DNA of 64,000 nt from an uncultured Methanomicrobiales archaeon (lineage in GTDB: Archaea > Halobacteriota > Methanomicrobia > Methanomicrobiales > Methanospirillaceae), in NCBI GenBank assembly GCA_963697895.1, contig OY969100.1, positions 256,001 to 320,000 of the forward strand. The letters are read 5' to 3'. Below the pieces are notes generated by a model, which worked only from the letters and a program-made list of their open reading frames with translations, was not told the DNA's origin and made no database searches. Shown here piece by piece: positions 9,461 through 19,758 of the stretch (positions are counted from its first letter, which is position 1; each line of letters begins with the position of its first letter). A program made the translations under genes and the position numbers.

Positions 9461-10249
9461 ATGAAACCGCGGGTACTCCTCACCAATGACGATGGCATTA
9501 ACTCCGCCGGGCTGTGGGCGGCGTACGAGGCGCTCACGCCGATTGCAGACGTGACGATCGTCGCACCGGCGACCCAGCAGAGTGCGGTCGGGAGATCGAT
9601 CTCGATCTTCGAGCCGATCCGGGCGAACGAGGTCGTGTTAAACGGGGTAAAGGCATGGGCGGTCGGGGGAAAACCCACCGATGCGGTGATAATCGGCCTC
9701 TATGCCCTGAAGATCGCACCGGATATCATCGTGAGCGGGATCAATATCGGTGAAAATCTCTCCTTTGAATCGATCATGACCTCGGGGACCGTCGGAGCGG
9801 CTCTGGAGGGGGCAAACCAGGGTACCCCGGGGCTTGCATTCTCCCTGCAGGTCGAGGACCAGGGGGACAAGTTCGACGACCCCCGGCACCACGGGCAGAG
9901 TTTCAGGGCCGCACAGCGGGTCGTCCGGGAGATCTCCGGAAAGGTCCTTGCCGAAGGATTTCCCCGCAGCGCCCACGTGATCAACGTGAACATCCCTTCC
10001 CGCGTGACCGGGAGCTATGAAGTCACCCGGCTCGCGGGCAAGCTCTTCATGACGGGTGTCGAGCGGCGGCTCGATCCCCGGGGGAGACCGTACTTCTGGA
10101 TCAACGGACCGCTCATCGAGGATGCGGAGGAGGGGACCGATGTCCACGCGATCCGGAAAGGCAACATCTCGGTGACGCCGATCACGCTCGACTGCACGGC
10201 GTCCCGGGCCGATGCGGAGCTCGCCGCGATGTTCCCCCCGGATGTCTGA
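9461..10249 (+). CDS. surE: 5'/3'-nucleotidase SurE
   Basis: LLTNDDGI, QQSAVG, VSGINIGEN, SGTVGAA, SVTPI. Confidence 0.95.
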   Translation: MKPRVLLTNDDGINSAGLWAAYEALTPIADVTIVAPATQQSAVGRSISIFEPIRANEVVLNGVKAWAVGGKPTDAVIIGLYALKIAPDIIVSGINIGENLSFESIMTSGTVGAALEGANQGTPGLAFSLQVEDQGDKFDDPRHHGQSFRAAQRVVREISGKVLAEGFPRSAHVINVNIPSRVTGSYEVTRLAGKLFMTGVERRLDPRGRPYFWINGPLIEDAEEGTDVHAIRKGNISVTPITLDCTASRADAELAAMFPPDV

Positions 10250-10506
10250 CCAGGCCCGGGAGAGAACGATACCGGTAAACGAGGTTAGTACCTGGTACCG
10301 GTGACTGTCTGGTACACAGGCATTGACCCTGTATCTGAGAAATCGTATCTTTTACGGGATACGCGGCTGAATTCCTTTTTTCATCGGATTTTCAAAGCTT
10401 GATATCAGGAACATGACCCCCATTTTTCCGGGTTTCACGGATCCGGTCCCGGGGCACCCGGTTACCGAGCGGTATCGATAATACTGCGGGCTCCCATAGT
10501 CTCATC

Positions 10507-11211
10507 ATGGACAGGCAGGCGACGGAGCGGGCAAAGAAGGACGCGGGATACCGGGCGGCAGAGCTGGTCGGGGAGGGGATGGTCATCGGGCTCGGGACCG
10601 GTTCGACGGTCGTGTATGCGATGGAGCGGCTGGGAGCCCGGATCGCGGAGGGGGCAGAGGTTACGGGGGTGCCGACCTCCTACCAGGCGGCCATCCGGGC
10701 CCGGGAATTCGGGATCCCGCTCACATCGCTTGATGAACACCCGGTGCTCGACCTCGCGATCGACGGTGCGGATCAGGTCGATCCCGACCGGAGGCTGATC
10801 AAAGGGCGGGGTGCGGCGCAGACGCGGGAGAAATGTGTGGCCGCCGCGGCAAAACACCTGGTCATTGTGGTCCATGCATCCAAGATCACGGGAAGACTCG
10901 ATGCGCCCGTCCCGGTCGAAGTGATCCCGTTCGCCCTCACCCCCGTGAAGGAGGAGATCGTGCGTCTCGGGGGCCTTCCGGTCCTCCGGGAAGCGAGCGG
11001 TGGAAAGGATGGGCCGGTCGTGACCGATAACGGCAATTTCATCCTTGACTGCATATTCAAACATATCGGAGACCCGGGAGCGCTCGAGCGGGAACTGGAG
11101 ATCCTGCCGGGGGTGCTCTGCTCGGGGCTCTTCACCCGGTATGCCGATAAAACGACCGTGGTGATCGGAGAAGCTCACGGGACCCGGTTGATTCCGGATC
11201 GGGAAAAATAG
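10507..11211 (+). CDS. rpiA: Ribose-5-phosphate isomerase A
   Basis: GLGTGST, AIDGADQV, IKGRGAA..REK, TDNGNFILD. Confidence 0.96.
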   Translation: MDRQATERAKKDAGYRAAELVGEGMVIGLGTGSTVVYAMERLGARIAEGAEVTGVPTSYQAAIRAREFGIPLTSLDEHPVLDLAIDGADQVDPDRRLIKGRGAAQTREKCVAAAAKHLVIVVHASKITGRLDAPVPVEVIPFALTPVKEEIVRLGGLPVLREASGGKDGPVVTDNGNFILDCIFKHIGDPGALERELEILPGVLCSGLFTRYADKTTVVIGEAHGTRLIPDREK

Positions 11212-11520
11212 GAAGCTCCGATCCTAAACAAGGGGGATTAACCCGCCCGTGAATGCCGGATCATGAAAAGAGAAGATCCGATCGTAAACAAGGGGGTTAA
11301 ACCCGCCCGTGAATGCCGGATCAGGAAAAAAGAAGCTCTGATCGTACACAAGTGGTTAAACCCACCTATGGATGCCGGATCGGGAAAAGAGAAGCTCTGA
11401 TCGTACACGAGTGGTTAAACCCGCCCGTGAATGCCGGATCGGGAAAAGAGAAGCTCTGATCGTACACGAGTGGTTAAACCCACCCATGAATGCCGAATCG
11501 GGAAAAGGATAAGCTGATCT
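11194..11520. repeat. Tandem array, unit 59-62 bp, about 5.5 copies
   Basis: Unit about ccggatcgggaaaagagaagctctgatcgtacacgagtggttaaacccgcccgtgaatg; starts at 11194, 11256, 11316, 11375, 11434, 11493; first copy is the rpiA 3' end. Confidence 0.95.
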
Positions 11521-11587
11521 TCAGCAGCAGAAGAGAACCCGCCCGGAGAACCCGGAGTGCAGTCCGGGTCCGCGGGGCAGGGTTGTT

Positions 11588-11962
11588 TCAGCTGATGTGG
11601 TCCCGCAGCTGCTGAATGAGGGCGAGCTGGTTGTTCGCCTCTTCCCTTTTTTCCCGTTCGATCGTATCCATAATCTCCCCGATCGGCTGGGAAAGGTGAT
11701 AGATCTTAACCGGCCTGCCTTTGTTCTCCGCCTTGTTCTCCCGGCTCTCCACCCATCCCTGTTCCATCATATGGGCCATCGCGATACTCACCTCGGGTTG
11801 CCGGAGATCGGTGCCCCGTTCGATCTCACGGGATGTGGCTTCCGGGGTGTGCGCAAGATAGACGAGCACCTTCGCCACATTCCGCCGGATCCCGATCTTT
11901 ATCAGGAGATTGGCGAACTCCTCCTCTGCCGCGGTAAAATACAACACGTTCTTGGATTTCAT
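11588..11962 (-). CDS. Archaeal wHTH transcriptional regulator (COG4738/TrmB-N-like)
   Basis: TSREIERGTDLRQPEVSIAM...KGRPVKIYHL. Confidence 0.8.
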   Translation of the reverse strand: MKSKNVLYFTAAEEEFANLLIKIGIRRNVAKVLVYLAHTPEATSREIERGTDLRQPEVSIAMAHMMEQGWVESRENKAENKGRPVKIYHLSQPIGEIMDTIEREKREEANNQLALIQQLRDHIS

Positions 11963-12076
11963 AAGTCACGTCCAGGTACAGCTCTATAGATTCAAAATGG
12001 TTATATAAAAATATTTTTATGCTGATCCCGCCATGCATTCATACCTGGTGCGGGGCGGAAATCCCGGGCGGGCGTT

Positions 12077-12637
12077 TTAGAGGAGCCCGAGGTTCTTCAG
12101 GTCGGCCACGATCTTCTGGACCGCTTTCCGGGCGTCTTCCGGTTCTTTCCCCCCGGTGATGATCAGCTTTCCGGAGCCGAAGAGGAGCACGACCACTTTC
12201 GGGGTCTCCAGCCGGTAGACCAGACCCGGAAACTGTTCCGGCTCGTATTCGATCCGGTCGAGGTTGAACCCGACCGCGATCTTATTCAGGTTGATCCCGG
12301 CACCGAGATCAGCAGAAGTGACGATATTCTGAATTTTATAGGTGAGTTTCGACGGGATATCTATGTCGAGCCCGCGAAGGAGGTTTCCCAGGATCTCGAG
12401 CCCTTCCGAGAGGCTCTCGATGCTCTTCGCACCGGTCAGGACCACCTTTCCCGAGCCGAAGACAAGGGCCGCGATCTTGGGGTTCTGCATCCGGATGACA
12501 ACGCCGGGGAACCGTTTCTTATTATATTCAGCGTCCTTTATCTGGGATGCAAGCGTGGGAAGATCCAGATAGTCGGTCACTTTCGCTGAGGCGACGATAT
12601 TTTCAATCTTGAGAGATTCCTCTGGCTTGACCTTCAT
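12077..12637 (-). CDS. tbp: TATA-box binding protein
   Basis: Two repeats: IENIVAS/IQNIVTS, YNKKRFPG/YEPEQFPGLVYR, FGSGKVVLTG/FGSGKLIITG. Confidence 0.97.
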   Translation of the reverse strand: MKVKPEESLKIENIVASAKVTDYLDLPTLASQIKDAEYNKKRFPGVVIRMQNPKIAALVFGSGKVVLTGAKSIESLSEGLEILGNLLRGLDIDIPSKLTYKIQNIVTSADLGAGINLNKIAVGFNLDRIEYEPEQFPGLVYRLETPKVVVLLFGSGKLIITGGKEPEDARKAVQKIVADLKNLGLL

Positions 12638-12825
12638 ATTTATAAATGCCCCAAGACAGTATATAAAAAATTGGGTGCTGCATATAAAGACGGGGGATAC
12701 CGGGGAGCCCACTCTCCGGGTGTTTGATCACATCTGAACAAAGGCTTGGTATTCGCCGCGGGAGGCACAATCCCAATCTAAAAATGGAATAATACGTTCT
12801 CCCGACCCTGATCGCTCCCGTCCTT

Positions 12826-13581
12826 CTAATTAATCGCCATGTTCACGACTCTGTATTCGAGGGTATACTTTGCATCCTGAACCGAACTTACCTCCCATTT
12901 AAACTGATGGGTGTGAGTATGTGCAAGGTCGAAATCATCGGAGATATAGAGTTCAAACGAGTCCAGCAAATCATTTCTGTACTGGTCCTGTTCCCATAAC
13001 TGGATCGATGCGGCGCGATCTATGGGGATGAGCCTCCCGCCCTCCAACGAGTAGGTTTCGCCTGTCTTTACGTGATCGTGAGACCATACCCTCTCGCCAT
13101 TTACCGTAATAAACACTTCATCTCTGGTTTCCTGGGCATCATTGCATCGGAGGGAGACGAGCCGTAGGGAATATATATTCCTGAGTCGATCGCCCTCGTC
13201 ATCGGTGACGTCATAAAATATACAATATCTCCTCGCCGAGCCTCCGCCTCTCATACCCTCGTGATGTGGCAGATACACGTTGAATGATCCCCTTGGATGA
13301 TCGGCCATTATCTGGAAGCTGCCGATAAAGGGATCGATACCGCTCATCCCGAGGCCTGCCGTATCTGATTCATGCAGCAGTATATTAAAAAACTGATTCG
13401 ACGGGCAACTCAGTTCCAGATCTATCGGGACACTCTGGCCGGCCCACATGTGGACCGGCCCCCATGACCGTTCCCCCCGTGTGGTAGCCCCTTCAAAGGT
13501 AAAAATTCTGAGATAGGGTTCTTCCGTACTTTCTGCTGAACCCGTTCTCTCACAAAAGATTGATTTCAGTGTTAATCTCAT
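12826..13581 (-). CDS. Hypothetical protein with two tandem C2-like beta-sandwich repeats
   Basis: Internal duplication LTLKSIFC..EEPYL..W..LHESD..D..GSF / LRLVSLRC..DEVFI..W..LWEQD..DLLDSF; visibly more AT-rich than its neighbours. Confidence 0.65.
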   Translation of the reverse strand: MRLTLKSIFCERTGSAESTEEPYLRIFTFEGATTRGERSWGPVHMWAGQSVPIDLELSCPSNQFFNILLHESDTAGLGMSGIDPFIGSFQIMADHPRGSFNVYLPHHEGMRGGGSARRYCIFYDVTDDEGDRLRNIYSLRLVSLRCNDAQETRDEVFITVNGERVWSHDHVKTGETYSLEGGRLIPIDRAASIQLWEQDQYRNDLLDSFELYISDDFDLAHTHTHQFKWEVSSVQDAKYTLEYRVVNMAIN

Positions 13582-13903
13582 TCTTTCCCCCACATATCCG
13601 ATTCATCTCATCGCCAGAATTACTCCGGACCGGGCAGTGATCGGATGATAAACTACTCACTTCTGGAAAACAGATAAGACTATGCCCGTAGGTTAAAGAG
13701 TTTATTTGCATGGGAAAAAGAGGATGAAATCCCGAAAGGATGCGGTTTTACCAGATCGGGTTCTGGCCCCTGCCTCTCCGCGATCACGATCTTTCCGGAT
13801 TATCCCAGGGTAATGGATAATAATAAGTATTTTATATTTGTGAGCTATCTCTCAACATCTGCAGGTGCCTTTTCATCTGTCAGGCACCTGTTGTGAGGTG
13901 TCG

Positions 13904-16900
13904 ATGATGCTTTCTGATGTACGTTGGGTACTTATTGCCAGTATTCTTGTGTTGTGGGCGGGTTTTACCCTGCCTGTCGGGGCAGTCCCGTTTGAGATAG
14001 TCGCGACCGCGGGTGATGGCGGGGCGATCAGCCCCAAAGGGCCGGTCGATCTGCCCTATGGCGGAAACATCTCTTTCAACATCACGGCCGACAGCGGCTT
14101 CTCCGTTGCCGAAGTATTGGTGGACGAGGATTCTGTGGGGGCGGTGTCGTCTTACACGTTCCCCAATGTGACTGCGAACCACACCATCCATGCGGCGTTC
14201 CAGCAGGGCGGGCCGGTCTTCTTCCAACATGACCTGGGGGACGGGTGGAACCTCTTCTCCACGCCCATCCTGCTCATGCCCGGGCACGATACCCTGGGAA
14301 CGATCTTCAGTCCGGATGAGCAGCAGCAGATCGAGATCTTTTATGTGTGGACCGGCTCGATATGGAATATCGTCGGGTACGACTACCAGCTCCTTCCCCT
14401 CAACGTTGTTTATACCAAAGTGGACGGCGGGGCTACCGCCCTGATCCACCCGAGCACCGCGGTGTCGGGGCTGCCCACACGCCCGATGCCCCAGGGCGTC
14501 TCCGTCATCGGCCCCGCCCTGGCGTACAACGCCACCAGTGAAGGGTTCGACACTATGTCCCTCGAGCAGGCGCTGGCGAGCATCAGGGAGGCACCAAACG
14601 GTCTCACCGGCTATTCCATTGTGGTAAGCCCCGGCCTGAACCAGCCCGGCTGGGTCTACGCCCTGGGTGGTTCCACTCAAAGTATCCAGCCATTCCGGGG
14701 GTACTGGGTGGTAATGGAGAACTCCGATCTCAATCCGGGGCTGGTAGGGTTCAGCACCACCCCCGTCTCAGCGGCCCAGGGCGGGGAGGAGGTCATCCTG
14801 CTGGAGGCCGGTGACGCGGAGGGAGTGGACCAGATCCTCGATCTGGATGACAACACGAATGCGGTCTTCGGGGCTGCCCGGGGGCTGATGGTCGACGGCA
14901 CCGAGCTCTTCGTGGTTCGTTCCTTCAGCGGGCTGAACGGCTCTCTCTGCTGGACGGCCCGGTACGACCAGGGTGCCGGCGAGAACGCCGCCACCGCCGT
15001 GACCGCGAATGACAACCTGGTGGTCGCCGGCGGGTACGGCGATACGTCCGGCGGTGACCAGCTGTTGCTGGTGCGGGCGTATGACCCGGACAGTGGAAGC
15101 TTCCGCTGGAATTATACCTACGACCGTGGGGGAGGGTCAAACGAGGTCCATGCCATGGCCTCGGGAGACGGCCTGGTGGTGGCAGCCGGGTCTGGCCGTG
15201 ATGCGGCCGGTGACGATGCCTTCCTGGTCCTGGCGTTTGACCCTGATACCGGGGCACTCCTCTGGCAGGACGCGTTCGAAGGTGGTGGCGGGGAGAATGG
15301 CGCCATGGCGGTGACCGTCAGTGATGACGGCGTATTTGTCGCAGGTTATGACGAGACCGCCGCTGGTGACCGGGAGTTCGTGGTCCGCGGATATGACCCC
15401 GCATCAGGGGCCGTCCTGTGGACGGACCGGTTCGATCACGGGGGCTACTGGGATGGCGCAGTCGCCATCGCAGATATGGACGGCATGGTCTTTTCTGCAG
15501 GAGTTGGGGCGGACGAGGATGAAAACGCCAACCTGATCGTCCGGGCTTACGACGCAACCTCGGGGGACCTCGTCTGGGAAGACATCCGGGGGGACGGCTC
15601 GGCCGCCAGTACCCTGGACGCCTTCGGCGGCCAGGTGTTTGTGAGCGGAGTCGAGGCGGGTCCTCGGTTCGTGGTCCGGGCGTATGACGCGGACACCGGG
15701 GATCTCCAGTGGTCGGACGCCATTGAGAAGGACGGGGGATTCAACTTCGACACCGCCGTGGACAGGGAGGCCGGCATGGTGACCTTCTCCGGATTTTCTC
15801 AGTCCTTTACGCCTGAACTCGATTACACCTGGAACGTCACGGTACGCTCCTATAACCCCCTGACCGGCGAACTGATTGCCGAGACCGAAAGAAACGGCAT
15901 CGACGGGAGGAGTGCGGGGACAGACATGATCATTCATGAGGGCCTGTCCGACCCTGTCTTCGTTTCGCTGGGTCTTGAGCCGGAGGAGGAAGGAGGCCAG
16001 CTTCTCACAGCCACCACAGCGGGGACCCCCCACGTGCAGGTGGAGGGGAGGAAGATCCTCATCGACGGGAGCCAGGTATTCCTGAAGGGTGTCGACTATG
16101 CCCCGACGCCCATCGGCGGCAACCCCGCGTACGTGCCTTTCGGGGACTGGTTCCAGGACTACTGGATCAGCATCCCCCAGCGGGACGTGCCCATCATGCG
16201 GGACATGCACGTCAACTGCATCCGGCTCTACGGTCAGACCGCCTTCCGGTGGGACGACCCGCAGCGGAACCTCATCTCACACGAGAAGTTCTACCGGCTG
16301 TTGCAGCAGAACGGCATCTCCGTCTTTGGCACGGTATACACGACCACCGACAACATCCTCACGTTCGACCCGGACAACTGGCAGAACAATATCTGGATGT
16401 TGCAGTGGATGGCGCTCATCAAAGAGGGGAACCAGTACCCGGCGGTGATCGGGTGGACGGTCGGCAACGAGCTGAACCCGGAGAACCTGCGGAGCAGCCC
16501 CTCCTACTGGACCAAGTATAACCAGGTGATAGGCCTCGTGAAGGGCGCCAGCCCCGACCGGGTCACCCTCACGGCAGTGGTCGACGACTCGATGATCACC
16601 CCGGCCTTTGCCGACCAGTACCTGACCAACCTGGACGTCTGGGGGATCAACTCCTTCCGGGGCCGGATCGGCACCCTGGCGAATCCGTTCGATCCGCCAG
16701 CTTCCGCCTTCGACAGCCTCTTCCTGACCTTCTCCAACGCAAGCGCCAAGCCGCTGATCATCACCGAGTGGGGGCCGTCCGCCTCGACCCGGGATGGCAG
16801 CTCGACGGTCCTCCTCCCGGAGAACGCCAAGGCAGTCGCCGATTACCTGGAAGTGCACTGGAACCGCAGCCCCAGCACCTATCCGGGATGGGGGAGCGAT

Positions 16901-17167
16901 GACATCACGCACAGCCAGGGTGTCTGCTCCGGGGCGGTGGTCTTCTACTGGAGCGACGGCTGGGAGAAGGTCGCCCCGGTCTGGCAACACGACCCGAACA
17001 ACGATCCGAAACCCGAGTACCCGGGCGGGTGGGACGACCAGGAGTGGTACGGTATAAACGGTGTTGCGGTGAATAACCGGAACCCCATGAACCCGGACCC
17101 CGGTAAGCCGGACCTCCTCTCTGCCCGTGCCGCGTATGGACGACTGCAGGCACTGTGGGCGACCTAG
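13904..17167 (+). CDS. Large secreted multidomain protein: B-repeat-like domain, GWNL..GYWV domain, 7-blade beta-propeller, clan GH-A glycoside hydrolase
   Basis: Signal peptide; seven VRAYD..SG...W repeats; FLKGVDY, WTVGNELN (acid/base Glu), DVWGINSF, IITEWG (nucleophile Glu). Confidence 0.8.
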   Translation: MMLSDVRWVLIASILVLWAGFTLPVGAVPFEIVATAGDGGAISPKGPVDLPYGGNISFNITADSGFSVAEVLVDEDSVGAVSSYTFPNVTANHTIHAAFQQGGPVFFQHDLGDGWNLFSTPILLMPGHDTLGTIFSPDEQQQIEIFYVWTGSIWNIVGYDYQLLPLNVVYTKVDGGATALIHPSTAVSGLPTRPMPQGVSVIGPALAYNATSEGFDTMSLEQALASIREAPNGLTGYSIVVSPGLNQPGWVYALGGSTQSIQPFRGYWVVMENSDLNPGLVGFSTTPVSAAQGGEEVILLEAGDAEGVDQILDLDDNTNAVFGAARGLMVDGTELFVVRSFSGLNGSLCWTARYDQGAGENAATAVTANDNLVVAGGYGDTSGGDQLLLVRAYDPDSGSFRWNYTYDRGGGSNEVHAMASGDGLVVAAGSGRDAAGDDAFLVLAFDPDTGALLWQDAFEGGGGENGAMAVTVSDDGVFVAGYDETAAGDREFVVRGYDPASGAVLWTDRFDHGGYWDGAVAIADMDGMVFSAGVGADEDENANLIVRAYDATSGDLVWEDIRGDGSAASTLDAFGGQVFVSGVEAGPRFVVRAYDADTGDLQWSDAIEKDGGFNFDTAVDREAGMVTFSGFSQSFTPELDYTWNVTVRSYNPLTGELIAETERNGIDGRSAGTDMIIHEGLSDPVFVSLGLEPEEEGGQLLTATTAGTPHVQVEGRKILIDGSQVFLKGVDYAPTPIGGNPAYVPFGDWFQDYWISIPQRDVPIMRDMHVNCIRLYGQTAFRWDDPQRNLISHEKFYRLLQQNGISVFGTVYTTTDNILTFDPDNWQNNIWMLQWMALIKEGNQYPAVIGWTVGNELNPENLRSSPSYWTKYNQVIGLVKGASPDRVTLTAVVDDSMITPAFADQYLTNLDVWGINSFRGRIGTLANPFDPPASAFDSLFLTFSNASAKPLIITEWGPSASTRDGSSTVLLPENAKAVADYLEVHWNRSPSTYPGWGSDDITHSQGVCSGAVVFYWSDGWEKVAPVWQHDPNNDPKPEYPGGWDDQEWYGINGVAVNNRNPMNPDPGKPDLLSARAAYGRLQALWAT

Positions 17168-17494
17168 ACCCTCTCTTTTTTTATCCCCGCCTGGTTCGGT
17201 CTATAGTATTTTTGCATGTCGTTGTGGCCACATTAGATATCCCTTTTTCTTATCCCACGACAAAGGAAGGATAAAACTGCCAGAGCGCCGCATTTCAGCG
17301 TTTTCGCATCAAAAATACTTACTACGCCGTGGTGACAGGAATGTGGTCGTCGAGCTCATAGGGTCGATGTCTCTGACTCCAATACCAGAAAAAAAGGAGT
17401 GCCCTTGGCAAGTAACTCTCGCCGTACGAAGAACTCAGCCACTTGACAGAAGGTGCCTGTGAAGAAAGGAAGAGTGGAGAAGTACGGCTCTGAA

Positions 17495-17804
17495 TTAATC
17501 GGTACTGCCGCCACGTGTGGCTGCATGTGGTGCAGCGGAAGAACCGGACCTCGCTCTCGTCCGCCGCCCGGAGCTGGCGGAGCCACCAGAACGCGAGGTT
17601 ATTTTCACATTTGGGGCATTTTATGGCGATCGTGGGGAGTGTGAACGGGGCGTCTTCCTCCACGATCACGATCTGCTTCTCATTGCCCCGGGTCGTCCGG
17701 GTCATCTGGTCATCGACACGGATCTTCCGGATATATCCGCACTTCCTGCATTTGAGCTGGCCGGCAGAAGATATCATGAGGCTGTTGCATTCGGGGCAGA
17801 ACAT
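17495..17804 (-). CDS. tfs: Transcription factor S (one extra base just before the stop)
   Basis: MFCPECNSLM..CRKCG; CPKC..QLRAADESEVRFFRCTTCSHTWRQY with the DE acidic pair; TAC-c-GAT-TAA. Confidence 0.93.
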
Positions 17805-17939
17805 TCGATCATACGATGCGTGAGCAAACAAGATTAACCCTCGTATGCGGCTAACTTTGTCAAAAACCGCTCCCACCGGGTTATCCCACCCTGCCGCATC
17901 GCAATGCTTTTTTTCCGATGCTGTCACACGCATACCGGG

Positions 17940-18755
17940 ATGAAAGAATACCTGGTACTCGTTTCATGCATTTTTTTCATTGGATTTCTTATCCCCGGAC
18001 GGTACCGGACATACTTTGCGGCAGCAGGCTGGACGAGCGTCGTTCTCCTCCTCTTTGCGGGAATACCCGAATATGCCTCCCTGAATAATTTCCTTTACCC
18101 GACGCTGGCGGTCCTTTCGGTCCCGTTCCTCCTGATCACCATAAAATATCTTCTCCGGGGAGACACCCGGGTGATCCAGCTCTCCATGGCGGCAGCGGTC
18201 GCGTTTCTTATTTATGCACCCTTTGAGTTCATTTCTCCCCTTGGGAACGGGTTGATCTCCGTCGTCGTCGGGCAGACCGCCTGGCTCATCCAGGCCGCGG
18301 GCTACCCGATGACGTTCGAGGCCTGGAACATGGTCGCCCGGAACGGGTTCCGGACCGAGATCATCCTCGCCTGCACCGGTATCCAGGCGATCGCGATCAT
18401 GCTCGGGGTCGTCGCCGCGGTACCGACGACATCGCGCCAGAAGATCCTCGGATTCCTCCTCGTGGTGCCCCCGATCTATATCCTCAACCTTGCCCGGAAT
18501 ACGGCGGTCATCATCGCGTATACCGAGCAGTGGTTCCCGTATCTCCCCGCGATCGCGGGAAACGGGGAGTTCGGGTACGAGAGCTTTTTCTGGGCCCATA
18601 ATGTCGGTGCCGAACTCCTCGCGCTGGTGCTCCTGGTCGTCATCGCCTATGCCCTCTTCCGGATGATACCCGAACTCGGAAATCTCGCGGCCGGGCTCTA
18701 CGATCTGTACCGGGGAGAAGTGGTGCAGTTCGTCCATCGACGGCCACCGGAATAA
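17940..18755 (+). CDS. artA: Archaeosortase A
   Basis: Polytopic membrane protein with IILACTGIQ (Cys), ILNLARN (Arg) and SFFWAHN. Confidence 0.9.
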   Translation: MKEYLVLVSCIFFIGFLIPGRYRTYFAAAGWTSVVLLLFAGIPEYASLNNFLYPTLAVLSVPFLLITIKYLLRGDTRVIQLSMAAAVAFLIYAPFEFISPLGNGLISVVVGQTAWLIQAAGYPMTFEAWNMVARNGFRTEIILACTGIQAIAIMLGVVAAVPTTSRQKILGFLLVVPPIYILNLARNTAVIIAYTEQWFPYLPAIAGNGEFGYESFFWAHNVGAELLALVLLVVIAYALFRMIPELGNLAAGLYDLYRGEVVQFVHRRPPE

Positions 18756-18929
18756 TCCGGTGTCCGGGGTTTTGCGGGAATCCTGTTCTTCCAAAAAAAT
18801 ACAGAGTGGCGGAACCTGCCCATTTGGGATCTGCCATGCGTATCGTCTGTACCGGAACGTTTCCTGTACCAGCATCTCCAAAAACAGGCAAACCTGAAAA
18901 CCTTTTTTACCTCTTCCCGGAAGCGGAGA

Positions 18930-19567
18930 TCAGGAGAGCCGCCGGTACAGGTAGAGAACCCGTTGCACCGCCGAGAGATTGGTGCAGACGGCGATGATGA
19001 TCACGGAGAGCCAGATAATTCCGGCAAGACCACCGATGATGAGCACGAGGATCGTCTCCGGTCTGCCGAAGAAGCCGATCCCCTCGAGAGGGTCGTCGAT
19101 CTTCCCTTCCACCCGTTCCCGGTAGCCAATCTCGGCATACACGACCGGCTTGATGAAGGTGTTCATGAGGGAACCGATGATCGCCAGCGCCACCACCCCG
19201 AAGTTTGCGATGGGGGGAGGGGGATGAACTGGGTGATGATCGGGATCCCGGAGAGACCGATGCCGAGGAGGACGAACGCATCGATGTACTTATCCGTAAT
19301 CCAGTCAAAGACGGCGCCGAAATCGGTCTGACGGTTTATCTTCCGGGCAACGCTGCCATCGACCAGGTCGAGCGTCGCCGAGACGAAGAGAAGGAGACTT
19401 CCGATGATGAATGCGGTCTCGAAATAGAGTACGGCGCAGAGGATACCCGCGAGGAGGGAGAGCAGGGATATCTGATTCGGCGTAATCTTCAGTCGTATGA
19501 ACACGTCTGCAATGGGCTCGATATACCGGGATAGCTTCGGCCGGAGTGCAGTAATGTTCATGGGCAT
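18930..19567 (-). CDS. CDP-alcohol phosphatidyltransferase (archaetidylinositol-phosphate synthase-like; one indel in a C-run near 19212)
   Basis: TPNQIS, DLVDGSVAR..TDFGAVFDWITDKYID, GFFGRPET; split across two frames. Confidence 0.85.
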
Positions 19568-19758
19568 AGTACATGGGATGCCCTTCCTTAATAGTTGTTC
19601 AGTCCCCGTCGGGATGCTGTTTCCGCGTTTCCGGCAAGATCCGTTCGGTGAAGGGTCTTTTCCGGGCTCAGGTACGAACCGGGATAATTACCGGATTTTC
19701 CCGCGTGGCGAACCTCTTTATTCCCAAAGAAAGATACCCCTAACCAGGAAGGAGAATA

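Noticed and set aside
13904-18755. Large secreted protein as the substrate of the nearby archaeosortase A
   Set aside because: It ends ..YGRLQALWAT, with no PGF motif, TM helix or basic tail.
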